DNA of 64,000 nucleotides from Batkoa obscura (Eukaryota): NCBI GenBank assembly GCA_030770535.1, contig JASVEC010000003.1, positions 186,001 to 250,000 of the forward strand, read 5' to 3'. Shown piece by piece: positions 1 to 11,594 of this stretch (position 1 is its first letter; each line of letters starts with the position of its first letter). The notes under the pieces were generated by a model. It saw only the letters and a program-made list of their open reading frames with translations, ran no database searches and was not told where the DNA came from. The position numbers and the translations under genes were made by a program.

Positions 1-128
1 AGATGGGTTTAAATGGTTATAACTTTAATAAAAATAAATGCAAAGCGACTAATTTTATTGATGTTTTTACTAATAGTTTTATTAAAAGAATTATAAATGT
101 TATGCCTTGTTAGCTTTTAAACTAAAGC

Positions 129-234
129 ATATGAGGATGTTTTTTTGGTTTCATTACTTTTTCCATTTTTTAAGCGCTATATAAGTGGAAAAATTGCTAG
201 TAAAATTCTTGAACAAAAAAATACATCCCCCTAT
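129..234 (+). mobile_element. ~105-bp MITE family copy 1
   Basis: ATATGAGGATGTTTTTTT...AAAAAAATACATCCCCCTAT inverted ends with the core TTTCATTACTTTTTCCATTTTTTAAGCGCTAT...TAGTAAAATTCTT, which recurs 11 times in the window. Confidence 0.85.
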
Positions 235-1137
235 CTAAATTCAAATTCATAGTTATTTTTTATGCTTATTAAATTTAACCTGGTATATACATTAGCTATA
301 GATCAAAGATTACATACTAAACGTACTGCCTTCTATCAACGCGATTATTAGTATTCTATATATCAACTCGAACGGTGATAAAATTAACTTTTTAACAACT
401 TCAATATTTTATGAGTATCTCTTGCCAGAAAGTATACCAACAATCTGCTTAACTTTAAATACTACTAACATTGGTATACTATAATTTTTAAACAAACTTC
501 AAATATGAAAATTTTCTACATCATAGACTACTTGTTGTACTACTTTATCAAATTATTTCCTTTCTTTTTGCAGCTATGGTTGCTTAAGTAGCTTCGCAAA
601 ACTATTAAACCTTGTATTTTTTACTTATTTACAATATCATTATTTTATAGTACTTAAATCAAAATTTAAAAATGTTGTTTAGAAAATTTTAAACTATATT
701 TCGTGTTCATTACCCTTTTCTTAGTTTACTAATATTTTTATAAGATACATATACTTTGTAAAAATGCTTTCTAGACATGAATGTCGCCATTGAAATGACT
801 TCGCGTAGTATTTTAAATATACATTATGGCTCAAAGGCTATTAGTAAATCTGCGCGAAATTTTAAAAAGACAAAGAAGGTTCAGATAAAAGGATAAATCT
901 TTATATGCTATCAAAAGGTCCTTGTATGCAAATGAGGCTTAAAGAACCTTTTAATAACAAGTTTCATTATCTAGACTCAATAAAACACCAACATGGATTA
1001 TTAAAAAATCATTTAATCCCATGTGTTTAAAATTAAAACATTTAATATGCTGAGATTAAAATTAAAACAGTATTATTAATTTAATAGTTTATTTTTTTAA
1101 GATTTAATTTACACTACAAAAATCATTGATTTTAAAT

Positions 1138-1549
1138 TTAAAAATCGACCAAATTATCTGAAAAAGAGGAACTTCTTCCGCGGCTATCACTAAAATCCGA
1201 AAGATTGATGACAATATCATCATTATCTCTGTACGCATAAACAGACTCTGCGCTCCTTGGAATATCAGTGATCCTTCTTTCACTACTTTGAAGCAAAACA
1301 CGCCCATAACAATCTCTTTCATTATATATCTTGGCTCTATAACCACGTGGTAAGTTAATTACTCTAACATCACGATCAAGGTTTACACAAATCTTTGATG
1401 CTCTTGTTTCTGGAATCGTGAGAACCTCACTTCGTCTTTCTAATCTATGGTTTAGTTTATTATTTTATCAAAATTTCGAGAAAATTACCTAAGTTTGCTC
1501 CATAAACTAAGGGGGCTAATAAGGCTATCATATAGATTTTTTTAAACAT
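1138..1549 (-). CDS. Small secreted protein, 120 aa, two exons (1549-1489, 1439-1138); not in the ORF track
   Basis: Hand translation: MFKKIYMIALLAPLVYGANLERRSEVLTIPETRASKICVNLDRDVRVINLPRGYRAKIYNERDCYGRVLLQSSERRITDIPRSAESVYAYRDNDDIVINLSDFSDSRGRSSSFSDNLVDF*. It has a 49-nt GT..AG intron in the correct phase, a signal peptide, a Kex2-type LERR site, two Cys and an upstream TATATAAA (~1585-1592). Confidence 0.8.
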
Positions 1550-2282
1550 TTTTTGTATTGTTTGGTAAAAGTTACTTTATTTTATTTATATACTTTTTAC
1601 TTTACATTATTGCCCGTTGATCTATTTTCGAAGACTTCTTTTTAAGTCAATTTTTCATCTAATTTTTTATCTTTATTTCTCGTTGATTTGTTCTAGTCGA
1701 TGACCATGTTTTGAGTTTATAATTTTAGTACCCGATTTTCAAATTTCAGTTTGACTAAGATTTTAACAATAATAATTTTAATATTAGCAATACTATAATA
1801 TAATATTTAATAATAAAAACCTTTAATTAAAGATTCATCTAAATTAAGTAGATTTGTTAATAAGGTCAAAAGTTGATTTTCAAGTACACTGATATACTGC
1901 TATTATAACAACTTAATATATCCCTAATATTTAAAAATATTTAAAAAGTGATGTTAAATTAATATTATTTACAAACAATATCAAATTATTTAATGATATA
2001 ATTCGTCTCAATTTATAACATTAAATATAATACCCAATGTCAAAATTTATTTTTTGAAAAGTTGCTCCAACACCACTGCTAAAAATTTTCATATTATTAT
2101 TATTTTACTTAGCATACTATTATCCTGATCAACTATTTTAATGAAATAAGCAACAAAACTAAAATGATAATAAAAACTTGATAATCCAAATCAAACTAAG
2201 TCTAAGGTCAATAAGAAGATCAGTAGGTGTACGATATATAATGGCTTTAAAAATAACACTCAGTTAAAAAATTAAATCAAAA

Positions 2283-2615
2283 ATGAACCGTAGTCTTGTC
2301 ATAGCTTGTTTATTGACTTTAGCATTTGGGAAAGAGTTCCAATGCCCTAGACCAGATGAAGATAATTGTATAGTAATTAACAAAGAAGATTATAGAGGTC
2401 AAAGACCACGCTGTAGAGGAACTGGATGTCCACCATGTTGGACTAAACGTGAAAATGGATGGGAATGTGTTGCTAAAGATTTTGGAGAATGCCTTGGTAG
2501 ATTTTCAGTAGACATTGAAATTTTAGATAGTGAGTGCAAAAGAGTTAAAGGATTGTTTGAAGGTGATGGTGGCCGGGGTGGTAAAACCTTAGATCTTACT
2601 TTCTTAGATAAATAG
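2283..2615 (+). CDS. Small secreted cysteine-rich protein (110 aa)
   Basis: Signal-peptide-like MNRSLVIACLLTLAFG, 8 Cys in the mature part, TATATAA at 2235-2241, GC higher than flanks. Confidence 0.8.
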   Translation: MNRSLVIACLLTLAFGKEFQCPRPDEDNCIVINKEDYRGQRPRCRGTGCPPCWTKRENGWECVAKDFGECLGRFSVDIEILDSECKRVKGLFEGDGGRGGKTLDLTFLDK

Positions 2616-2816
2616 AGTTGATAAATGACTGTTGGCTTTATACTGTATTTCTATTTCCAAAATAATAAAATTATAAACTTTAAAGACGGTTATTTAATTA
2701 AAACAACTATTTATTTCTACTTAATAAATATACTTAATTATTAAAATTCAGAGGATAATAGCTCATATTAGAAACTACAAATAAAATTAAAGGTTCTTCA
2801 ATCAAAGTAATCTATC

Positions 2817-4295
2817 TCAAGATAGTGTTTCTAGCGCTATACCTTGATAAGTAGCCACTTCAGTTTTATAGCCCATATTCTCTAACCTCGTATTTTTACC
2901 TTCAATACCAAACCACATCCAAAGAAGGGACACTAACAAACCAGAAGATAAGAAGCATATAATAACCACACATGGGATGACCAAATTTAATGTATTGGTT
3001 TCATAAATGGCCAATAAAATTCTTGGAGCAATGGCAGCAATCACACGACCAATAGCAACTGAAAACCCAATCCCTGTCGCTCTTAAATGAGTTGGAAAAG
3101 CTTCTGAAATAGTTGTATAAATCGTTGCCATAACTGCACTATAAGCAAACTGATAAAAGCAATGTATTCCAATTAAGGCTGCTTTTGGATCTGAATTGTT
3201 AACTGCAGGTATAAAACAGGCGACAGCAGTAATACATATAATAAAATGAAAGATTAATAGTGGCTTTCTTCCTACTCGGTCAATCATAAGGACTACGTAA
3301 ATATAACTTGGTACTGTACATATGACTCCATATAAGAAGAATAGGGCATTATCAGATCCTGTTATACCCACATCTTCCAAGATTTGAAGTGATAGTAAAT
3401 TACTGACACCATAATCAGCAAAAGCTTGAGACGCATTAAGTATAGCAGCAAAAAAGACAGTAAATGGATAATTCAAAAATAAATTCTTCAGAATTTTAAA
3501 AAATGAATTTTTTGGATGAGCATAAAAAATGATTTCTGCTTCTGGGCCACTGTTAATTAAATTATCTTGCTGCTGGCATAGCTCTTCAATCCTCATAGTG
3601 ATCTCTTCTGCTTTTGTAAATTGTCCTTGGGATAGCAGCCATCTTGGGGACTCTAACAGAAAGCGACGTATAAATATAATAAAAAAGGAGGCACAAGCAC
3701 CAATCAAAAAGCCTACTCTCCAGGCCCAAAAATCATTCAAATACCTAATAATTGGCACTTGAAGACCATGTGCAATCAAGGCTCCCAAACACCAAAAGCC
3801 CATCACAGCAGCGTTGGCTCTGCCTCTGTATCTATAAGGTATAAATTCTACAATCGTTGCATTAATGGCGGTATACTCAGCACCTACACCAATAGCGGTC
3901 AAGAAACGGAATGCTAATAGAAATTCAAACGTGGGTGAGAAACAAGTGATAAGGGTCATGGAAGAATATAAAAGCATGGTAATGACAAAGGTAAACTTTC
4001 TTCCATATCGATCAGCAATCAAACCAAATCCCAAACTTCCAACAATGGCACCAACAAGCCATAGGGTGGTAATTAAAGAAGTTTGTTCTGAAGTTACATC
4101 GAAATAGCGCTTGATGATTGGTAGAATGGCAGTGATAATCGTGATTTCAAAAGCATCAAATGCCCATCCTATGCCTAAAACTATAACGAGTTTGGTGTGC
4201 CAACGACTCCATGTTAAATGATCTAAACGTGTGGTTACTTTCGTTTTTGAAGATTTTTTTATCTCAAAATCTTCAAACATTGTGCGGCCATCCAT
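2817..4295 (-). CDS. MFS transporter (sugar-porter/SV2-related, bacterial-type motifs), intronless
   Basis: 492 aa with about 12 hydrophobic segments; motif A GLIADRYGRK and its repeat MIDRVGRK; FRFLTAIGVGAEY; ESPRWL; SEAFPTHLRATG. Confidence 0.92.
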   Translation of the reverse strand: MDGRTMFEDFEIKKSSKTKVTTRLDHLTWSRWHTKLVIVLGIGWAFDAFEITIITAILPIIKRYFDVTSEQTSLITTLWLVGAIVGSLGFGLIADRYGRKFTFVITMLLYSSMTLITCFSPTFEFLLAFRFLTAIGVGAEYTAINATIVEFIPYRYRGRANAAVMGFWCLGALIAHGLQVPIIRYLNDFWAWRVGFLIGACASFFIIFIRRFLLESPRWLLSQGQFTKAEEITMRIEELCQQQDNLINSGPEAEIIFYAHPKNSFFKILKNLFLNYPFTVFFAAILNASQAFADYGVSNLLSLQILEDVGITGSDNALFFLYGVICTVPSYIYVVLMIDRVGRKPLLIFHFIICITAVACFIPAVNNSDPKAALIGIHCFYQFAYSAVMATIYTTISEAFPTHLRATGIGFSVAIGRVIAAIAPRILLAIYETNTLNLVIPCVVIICFLSSGLLVSLLWMWFGIEGKNTRLENMGYKTEVATYQGIALETLS

Positions 4296-5332
4296 TTTTA
4301 GGGCTTGTATTAAATGTGGAAAATAAAGTTGTTTGTTTATTTTGTTTTTAACTGATTTTAAGAGGAATATTTTATTCTTAAGTTTGCTATTTTCATATAT
4401 AGAAATCGTTGGGCACTTTTTATATATGGCTCTATCAAAAAATTTAAAGTATTCAACAAAAACTTGGAAATTAGTACAAATTAGCTGTTTAGGATTTACA
4501 TTTTATTGCTGTTATTGTTGAAAGTCGACCAATAATCAATATTTTTTGTTTAATTTAAATTTTTCTTGGTTAGAGCCGTCGGATCGTATGATAAAAATAT
4601 TTTATAAAGAATGTATACATCCCTAAATTGGGAATGAATTTATTTAAGATACTTAAACTTGATTCGTTAGGAAATTCTTTTTGAGCAATCGAATTTTTTA
4701 AGATAAAGATAGTTTAACCATGGTTTTTATTCCTTAAACTTTTTGACAGTTCTAGATAGTTTTAAACAATCATTTACAAATAGAAAATTATTCTGTCGAA
4801 GAGAGTGTTATTTAAGTAATATTCATTCATAAGTTACTTAATTTTACATTATATAATATCGAAACAATATTAAATTAAGCATTGAATTATTTTAATCTGT
4901 TGTTTTCTAAAAAGCTAATATTTACAGTTTACTAGTCCTTAATAGATAAACAAACATGCATTTAACCTACAATATGTTTGACTTGTGTAGAGTAGTTTTT
5001 ATTAATAACAGCCTGTCGATAAATGAACCACATAAATTTTATCAGCTGATAATCCATGCCTACATATCGACTTGATTTTGGTCTTTATATTTGTCTTGAT
5101 AAACAAAATATTTAGTAAATTAAGTTCAAAATTTGACTAAAAGCTAATCAAAATTTCAAATGCCATGGTATTCAACATTTATTAACCTAAAACTAACTAG
5201 GTCAAATTGAGCCTATTAAAAGAAAGGTTAAGGGTAGGTGCACTGCTATTGACACATTAATCAACATGCAGCTAAAAAAAGGATGAATAAATCCAATGAA
5301 CAGAATTAACAAATAAAAAAAGGTAAAAAAAA

Positions 5333-6753
5333 CTAAGAAAAGTTCAACTCTGCGATACTACCATACCTACCATTAGCTCTAAAAGTGTCTCTTATACACA
5401 CCTGAATCAAAGGGATTTTAAAATTGCCTAATTTAATGCTTGAAAATTTCTCTAATATGGGTAAAGCATTGAAGGTGCTATAATACTTGCCATCCTGTGC
5501 TAAATCATGGCCATGGTAATTCTCAGACTGGTGTTTTGCTATGACGACATATTCCTAAATGAAAGCAATAAGCTTTTGAATTGATAACAATGTAAATTCA
5601 AATACTTACATTAAATACTAAATCACTGTCAAGCGAAAGCCCAGCTTGATAAAATCTTTCTCTTATTAAGTCTGATTATTTAACTTAATATATGCAATAA
5701 CTAATGATTTAATAATTACCTGTGGCATCTTTAAACTTTTTACCCAAATTTTCATTGGAATCATAATCCACTTTAATATAAACATATTTAGCTTTTTCTA
5801 GTAAAAATCAAAAGGAATTAAATTAACCAATTACTATCAAAATAATGTCTTACCGGGCTCATTTTCGGGATAGATACCAATTCCCTTAAACTCAACATTT
5901 AAACCTAAAAACCCGATAATGTTATTCAACTCTGGTTTTAATGATAATAATAACTTTTCGGCTTCAATTATATGCTTTTCTCTTGGCAATTTTAATTTCC
6001 CTAAGTTAATATGAAGTCTTCGATGATCTGTCAAATATTTTGCTCTAACATCAGGTAAGTTCATTTCGTCAATCTCTTCAATGATCTGTTTAAACTTAAG
6101 CTCAAGCTCACTATCAATGATTGGTATTGAAATAAAGTGGGTATAATTTTGGTTGTATTCTAAAGTCTACTAGTATAGTTGATTGTTTTATAATTTTATT
6201 ACCACTAAATAATTTTACCTTTTTTACACAATGATCTAACATGGCTACGGCTAATTTGACTTGATATGGTGAACCAGAAATTTCTGGATTAAAAATGAAT
6301 TATGTAAAACTCACTAATTATGATATTAAACAAACCTGCTATGCAAAATTCGCTTGTTGACTTGAGGGCCCTTGATTCATCCAGATCAATTTTAACATTT
6401 GTTGCTTTTTTAATAGCCTTTAAATTAGCACTTTGTTTACCTAATATGTTTATAGAAAAGTTAATCTTAAATTTTAATTTTAAAAGCTCGCATTACCCAA
6501 TATAAATTGCAGCTTCCCGGTAGGCAATTGATATTCCACTATACCGCCCATTTGTCTAGCTCGTTCAATACCCGCCTCAAGCTCTTCTTTACTTTTATGC
6601 TCTAGCAAACCATTAGTCAAAATCTTCAACTATAATCACCCAACCCTTACTTCTCTGTGAATATTCTCCACCGTTTCTAGCCTTGTATTTCAAAGCCCTT
6701 CTATTGAGTTTTTCATCAATTTTTTTAATCTCCACATTACTTTCTTTCTCCAT
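5333..6753 (-). CDS. ASCC1-like protein A: KH domain plus degenerate AKAP7/2H-phosphoesterase domain, multi-exon
   Basis: Spliced by hand from ATG 6753: ...LQFILG|KQSANLKAIKKATNVKIDLD (KH-like)...NYTHFISIP...RLHINLGKL...DLIRERFYQAGL...|EYVVIAK...FNALPILEKF...ELNFS* (TAG 5335-5333). All junctions checked were GT..AG in phase. Confidence 0.8.
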
Positions 6754-6883
6754 TCCCGTGTTTATTTTAGATTATTAAATAGATTTGTTAAAAAATAGAA
6801 TTTTTTTGAGTTTGACTGATTTTTTAAATTACAAAATTGTAGCCTATCATCAAGTTCATGCTTTGGCCAATTTTGGTCTTATA

Positions 6884-7557
6884 CAACTGTTAAAACTCAA
6901 TTGTGCAGCTGTCCGCAAAATTTCTGTAACTGCTATTTATTTGGCTAGTTTTTTTTAAAATTTGCTAAATAAAAATCCTGTAACTTGCATCAAGATTTAT
7001 AACATTAAAAAAAGACCATTTGTAGATAGATGTAGTTTAATTCATTGCCACCTTGATTACTATTTTGCTGGCATCTTTTGTTTGTATTGACGATATCAAA
7101 ATCTATTTATTAAAAGCATGTCAAAATATAAAATGTTAGTTGCATAACTTAAATAAAAGCTTATAGCTTTTGAGAATTTTTGATTTTCAAGTTAAGTTAA
7201 TAGCAGGTGATTTGCCGACAGTAGAAATGATTGGCTAAAAGTTATCAAATAACTCATATGTTAATAGTCAGGGTTAGGGCCAGAGTAATTTCTATTGATC
7301 AAGTTCGAGCAATCACTTTAACCCAGTGGTAAACCACTCGCTACTGCTAAATTCGATAGTGTAAAGGTAAATTGCCAGTTGAAATTATTGTAGAAGGTTT
7401 ATAAAGAAACCATTGAGTTAATTTATAAACTACACTTTTACAAAATATGACAAAAAACTCTTTAAGTTAAATTGTCAGTTGAGTTTCAGCCAGTATTAGC
7501 TTAATTTTTGAGTTTAAATAATCAGCTACCTGATACATAATTGAGTTTTAACAGTTG
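6884..7557. mobile_element. Non-autonomous TIR element (674 bp), TA-flanked, Tc1/mariner-like
   Basis: TA|CAACTGTTAAAACTCAATTGTG at 6882-6905 and CATAATTGAGTTTTAACAGTTG|TA at 7536-7559 form a 23/24 inverted match; no internal ORF. Confidence 0.7.
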
Positions 7558-8387
7558 TAATGTCATAGTTTTGTTGGTTAGTTTGACAAAAAGCCTGTTT
7601 TTTACCCAGACTACTATCAAGTTAGGGAAATTTGGATTGCTTTGGTTCACAGTACAAGATCATTTCGATGGCGAATATTTAAATGTAATGTTGGGGTTAG
7701 GGTAGGCTAGGGCTATCATTGTTAATTTAATTTATTTAATAAAAAAATTAGTATGTTTACCTGTTTGAACTTAATTGGGATTTTTAACTTAAGTTAATCA
7801 AAAGTAAACAAAAAGCTTTAAGAAAAAAATAAACCCCAAAGTCAATTAAATAACAACAATGACCTTGTATTTGATAATCAAAATAGAAAATAATATGAGC
7901 TCAAAGCCCCTAGCCTTTATTTGTAAATTGAGATAACTTAATCGTATGATTAAAAGTCTTTTTAATTAAACAGAAGTATCTTTTTGTTTCAGCATTTTGG
8001 TTGTTAATTATTTAAAGTTATGTCCCCATTTTTGTGGACAAATAATAACAAAAAGATATTCTCGTATCGTTGAATGTTTGTTTTTATGTCCATAGTTTTA
8101 TAAAAAATATGATCCTAAATACAAAGCAAGCTCTTTAATAAACTAGCTAACAGTGACAAACAACAGCCCCTATGTTTTCAAAATAAATCTTCATTTTATA
8201 AATTAAGTTTTTCTATATAAAAATTAAAAAATTAAAGCCAAATAATTTATCTAGCAAAAAATAGTACCATCTAATAATTACGTTAAATACCAGTTCTTAA
8301 TGTTATAATAAAAAAATACTATGTTTTAGACATTAACATTTAAGGTATGACATTTTAACAAAATATTCTTCATTTTTCAACCAATAA

Positions 8388-8488
8388 TTAGGGCTGTATT
8401 TTTGTATTCAATAATTTTACTAGCAATTTTTCCGCTCAAATAGCGCTTAAAATGGAAAAAGTGATGAAGCCAAAAAAACACTCCTAAT
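8388..8488 (-). mobile_element. ~105-bp MITE family copy 2 (degenerate ends)
   Basis: Reverse-complement core TTTTACTAGCAATTTTTCCGCTCAAATAGCGCTTAAAATGGAAAAAGTGATGAAGCCAAAAAAACACTCC. Confidence 0.8.
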
Positions 8489-8888
8489 TGATTCTTTAAA
8501 AAAGAAAATTATTTAAAAAAATTGCAAACGGATTTATATTGGAATTTTTCATTTTATTTACCAAGTCCATTAGCTATTTTATATAGAGAAATTAGAACTT
8601 TATTTTACTCCATAATAACCAAATTAAAAAACTTTTATAATACATTGAGAACTGCTTAACGATAAAATAATTAGTTTTTATTTTTATTTGCAGCTCCCTT
8701 CAATCCTTTCAGAAAGGCAAAAAACACTTTAATCTTAATTCAGCAAAATGTTATCAAATTTAATTTTAGCCGATTTCCATTAACTAATTCCATGCTAATA
8801 AGTATAACTTACCTAATAAAGTAAATTACAAAAAAAGCATACAAGGAATAAGTTTTTATTTCAAACGCTTAATAATTTAATACTATAC

Positions 8889-11594
8889 TTAATAATGCCA
8901 CTGTAAATCAGAGGGGAAAGCCTCAAAGTTTGGAGTAATGGTTGGGGATTTTGGGAAGATCAAATTGGCCAGATCATTCATCGTCTCATTAGGTTCCGGA
9001 CTATCTGGTTTAGATTGATAATTCATATTTAATAAATCATCCCATTTGAGCAGAAGTGGACGGGCATTTTTATCATATTCCTCCATCTCAACCTCAATTT
9101 CGATAGAACTATTTTCAGAAGCATTTTCAAGCTCAAAGTTTGATACCACTTGCTGAACAACTTCACCATATTTTTGGACTAAAAGGTTCATTTCCTCATG
9201 ACTAGGCGCTTCAACATTTAACAAATTGACATCCAGATTATCAAGTATATACTCAATATCTTGGGTAATTTGTGTAGCACAAAACAAAAAACTGATTTGT
9301 TGATTCTTCTTAGGTTCTTGTAGAAACTGCTTCAAATGGAGGATAACTTCTTCACTACAACTGCTTAATAAATTATCTATATTTTTTATAATTAATAAGC
9401 TTCTTTTATCTTGCTTAACCATATTTCTTAACAATGATTGTAACGCTTTAAGGTCACTACCATCATCCAAACCTGGCATATTGTTTAAGGCAAAGTTAAA
9501 CACTTGGATATCATCCAATTGATATAAAATAGAAGCTAAAATATGATGAATAGCAATGGGACAATCACCTTTTAAGAGGAAAGGGCTGACTTTATAAATA
9601 GGAAGTGCATCAATTTTTTGGCCATACATGGAATTAATGCGATTTAGCAAATTGGTTACTTTAGAATCGAATATCAATGACAATGGTTCTGCTAATGGCT
9701 TAGGTTCAATATCAAATTGGTGATTCAAAGTTGCTTTTATATTATTCAATGAAATCATAAAATCTTCCCATTTGATTTCTAATTGATCCAAATCAATATT
9801 AAAATGTACATCCCTTTGTCCAATTTCTGGATAATGACGATACAACGCCGCTTGGCTTGCTCCAGTACATAAAGACACTAAATCAGCCCCGGAAAACCCT
9901 GTAGTGAGCGCAGAAAGGTCTTTTAACATAGATAAAGCGGGTGGATAAGGCCAACTAATAGTGGTATTTGTAATAATATCCAATCTTGTATTAAAGTTAG
10001 GTGGAGAAAAATATAACTCAGCTTCAAATCGACCAGAGCGACGCAGTGCTGGATCGATAGAATGAACACGATTTGTAGCACCGATAACAACTACTTTTCC
10101 CATATCAGCCAGCCCATCCATCTGAGATAGAAGAGTACCAACTAAAGAAGCTCCATGTCGATCCGTTGAGTTACGGATTGGAGTCAGTCCATCAATCTCA
10201 TCAATAAAAATGATACTTGGCTGCCATAGCAAAGCAGTCTCAAACAAATGCTTAATTTTGGATTCTGATTTTCCAACCCATTTCGATAAGATGTCACTGG
10301 CACTGAAATGAAAGAAAGCTATTGGAGACTGTATGTGACTACACTCGTTAACTAACATCCTTGCTGTAAGTGTCTTTCCGGTTCCAGGAGAGCCATAAAA
10401 TAAGATACCTTTATTTTGTTTAAGGTTAAAGGCTTTATTAAGCTCCGGATAGAGTGTAGGCAATAAAATGGACTCTTTAATGGTTTGTAATTGATTGCTA
10501 ATACCACTAATATATTGAGAACCTTGAGCAGGAAGCTTTGATTGGGCTGGCATTAATTCGGCTGGGAAGTCAAGATGGGCACGTGTTGAAATGATTTCTG
10601 GTAAATTAAGTGGAAGATAGGTAAATTTTTTGGGCAGCTCTTTAGATTCAGGCTCAAGTTCTTCACTAGCATTGGATTTCTTAATTTTTAAGGGGTCAAA
10701 TTTACTTGCTTTTAAATCCACTGTAAAGTTTTTGGTAGAATAGATACGCAACCTATTCAATGAGTTTTGGTCTCTCTTCCTTAAATTGTAAATAGATTTT
10801 ATTGAACCATCGTTTCTATTCCTTAAATTATATATGGACCTCGCCTTTGACTCAGATTTATATCCATTCCTATTCCTTGTTTGGTAGATCTTAGACATAC
10901 TACTAGAAAAGTATTTTTTAAATGAAGTTCTATTTCCTCTTGTGTAATAACCGTGGTTATTTTGCTTAACTTTAGAACGTTGACGATCCCTCTGACGATT
11001 ATTCGTTACCTGTTTTTGCCTTAAACGGACCGCATTTATTAGCACTGTTTCATTATATGTCACTTTCTTCCTATCCCTTAAACTGTATCTTTTATCATCA
11101 TGCTCATTGTCCTTTACATTGTTTGTCTCGATCGACTCTAAAGAGATATTGTGAGAATTGTTTGTTCTTGAAGGGGCTTTCTTGACACCTATTATTTGTA
11201 TATCGTCATCAACGAAATTATCCAAATTCCTATTACTTCTTAGTGACCTTGTTATACCAGATGCATTTTTAGATCTTGTTCTACTCGACGCGAAAACTCC
11301 CTTATCAGCGGGTAGGTCCTCCTCAATTTCTTCTGATAAATCCTCTTCTAGTTCAGACTGATACTCTTCAGCATAATTTTTTTGTTCCCGGTTCCGTAAG
11401 GAGTACCTTTCTCTAACCGGATTTGATCTTTTAGTAATAATCATCTTTGGTTTCTTAATCACTTTATTTCTCCTAGAATTCCTTGATGGAGACATTGGTG
11501 GGGAAACATAATGCACTTTTGTTAGTGTACAACTCCTCTTGGGCCTACTTGATTCTCGCATCCTAGAAAAAGTCAAGTTTTTGTTGATGCTCAT
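8889..11594 (-). CDS. Yta7/ATAD2-like AAA+ ATPase, intronless, no recognisable bromodomain
   Basis: Walker A GSPGTGKT, pore loop ILSKWVGKSE, Walker B IIFIDEIDGL, SRH ATNRVHSIDPALRRSGRFE, GFSGADL; degenerate second AAA region; basic N-terminus with repeated YxLRxR motifs. Confidence 0.85.
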   Translation of the reverse strand: MSINKNLTFSRMRESSRPKRSCTLTKVHYVSPPMSPSRNSRRNKVIKKPKMIITKRSNPVRERYSLRNREQKNYAEEYQSELEEDLSEEIEEDLPADKGVFASSRTRSKNASGITRSLRSNRNLDNFVDDDIQIIGVKKAPSRTNNSHNISLESIETNNVKDNEHDDKRYSLRDRKKVTYNETVLINAVRLRQKQVTNNRQRDRQRSKVKQNNHGYYTRGNRTSFKKYFSSSMSKIYQTRNRNGYKSESKARSIYNLRNRNDGSIKSIYNLRKRDQNSLNRLRIYSTKNFTVDLKASKFDPLKIKKSNASEELEPESKELPKKFTYLPLNLPEIISTRAHLDFPAELMPAQSKLPAQGSQYISGISNQLQTIKESILLPTLYPELNKAFNLKQNKGILFYGSPGTGKTLTARMLVNECSHIQSPIAFFHFSASDILSKWVGKSESKIKHLFETALLWQPSIIFIDEIDGLTPIRNSTDRHGASLVGTLLSQMDGLADMGKVVVIGATNRVHSIDPALRRSGRFEAELYFSPPNFNTRLDIITNTTISWPYPPALSMLKDLSALTTGFSGADLVSLCTGASQAALYRHYPEIGQRDVHFNIDLDQLEIKWEDFMISLNNIKATLNHQFDIEPKPLAEPLSLIFDSKVTNLLNRINSMYGQKIDALPIYKVSPFLLKGDCPIAIHHILASILYQLDDIQVFNFALNNMPGLDDGSDLKALQSLLRNMVKQDKRSLLIIKNIDNLLSSCSEEVILHLKQFLQEPKKNQQISFLFCATQITQDIEYILDNLDVNLLNVEAPSHEEMNLLVQKYGEVVQQVVSNFELENASENSSIEIEVEMEEYDKNARPLLLKWDDLLNMNYQSKPDSPEPNETMNDLANLIFPKSPTITPNFEAFPSDLQWHY

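Noticed and set aside
1104..1346. 80-aa minus-strand ORF in the track
   Set aside because: It is an alternative frame overlapping exon 2 of the spliced secreted protein (1138-1549), which has much better gene signals.
3529..4107. Two plus-strand ORFs inside the MFS gene
   Set aside because: Antisense shadows of a well-supported CDS.
7265..7715. Scattered TTAGGG-like motifs
   Set aside because: Only isolated units; no telomeric tandem array.
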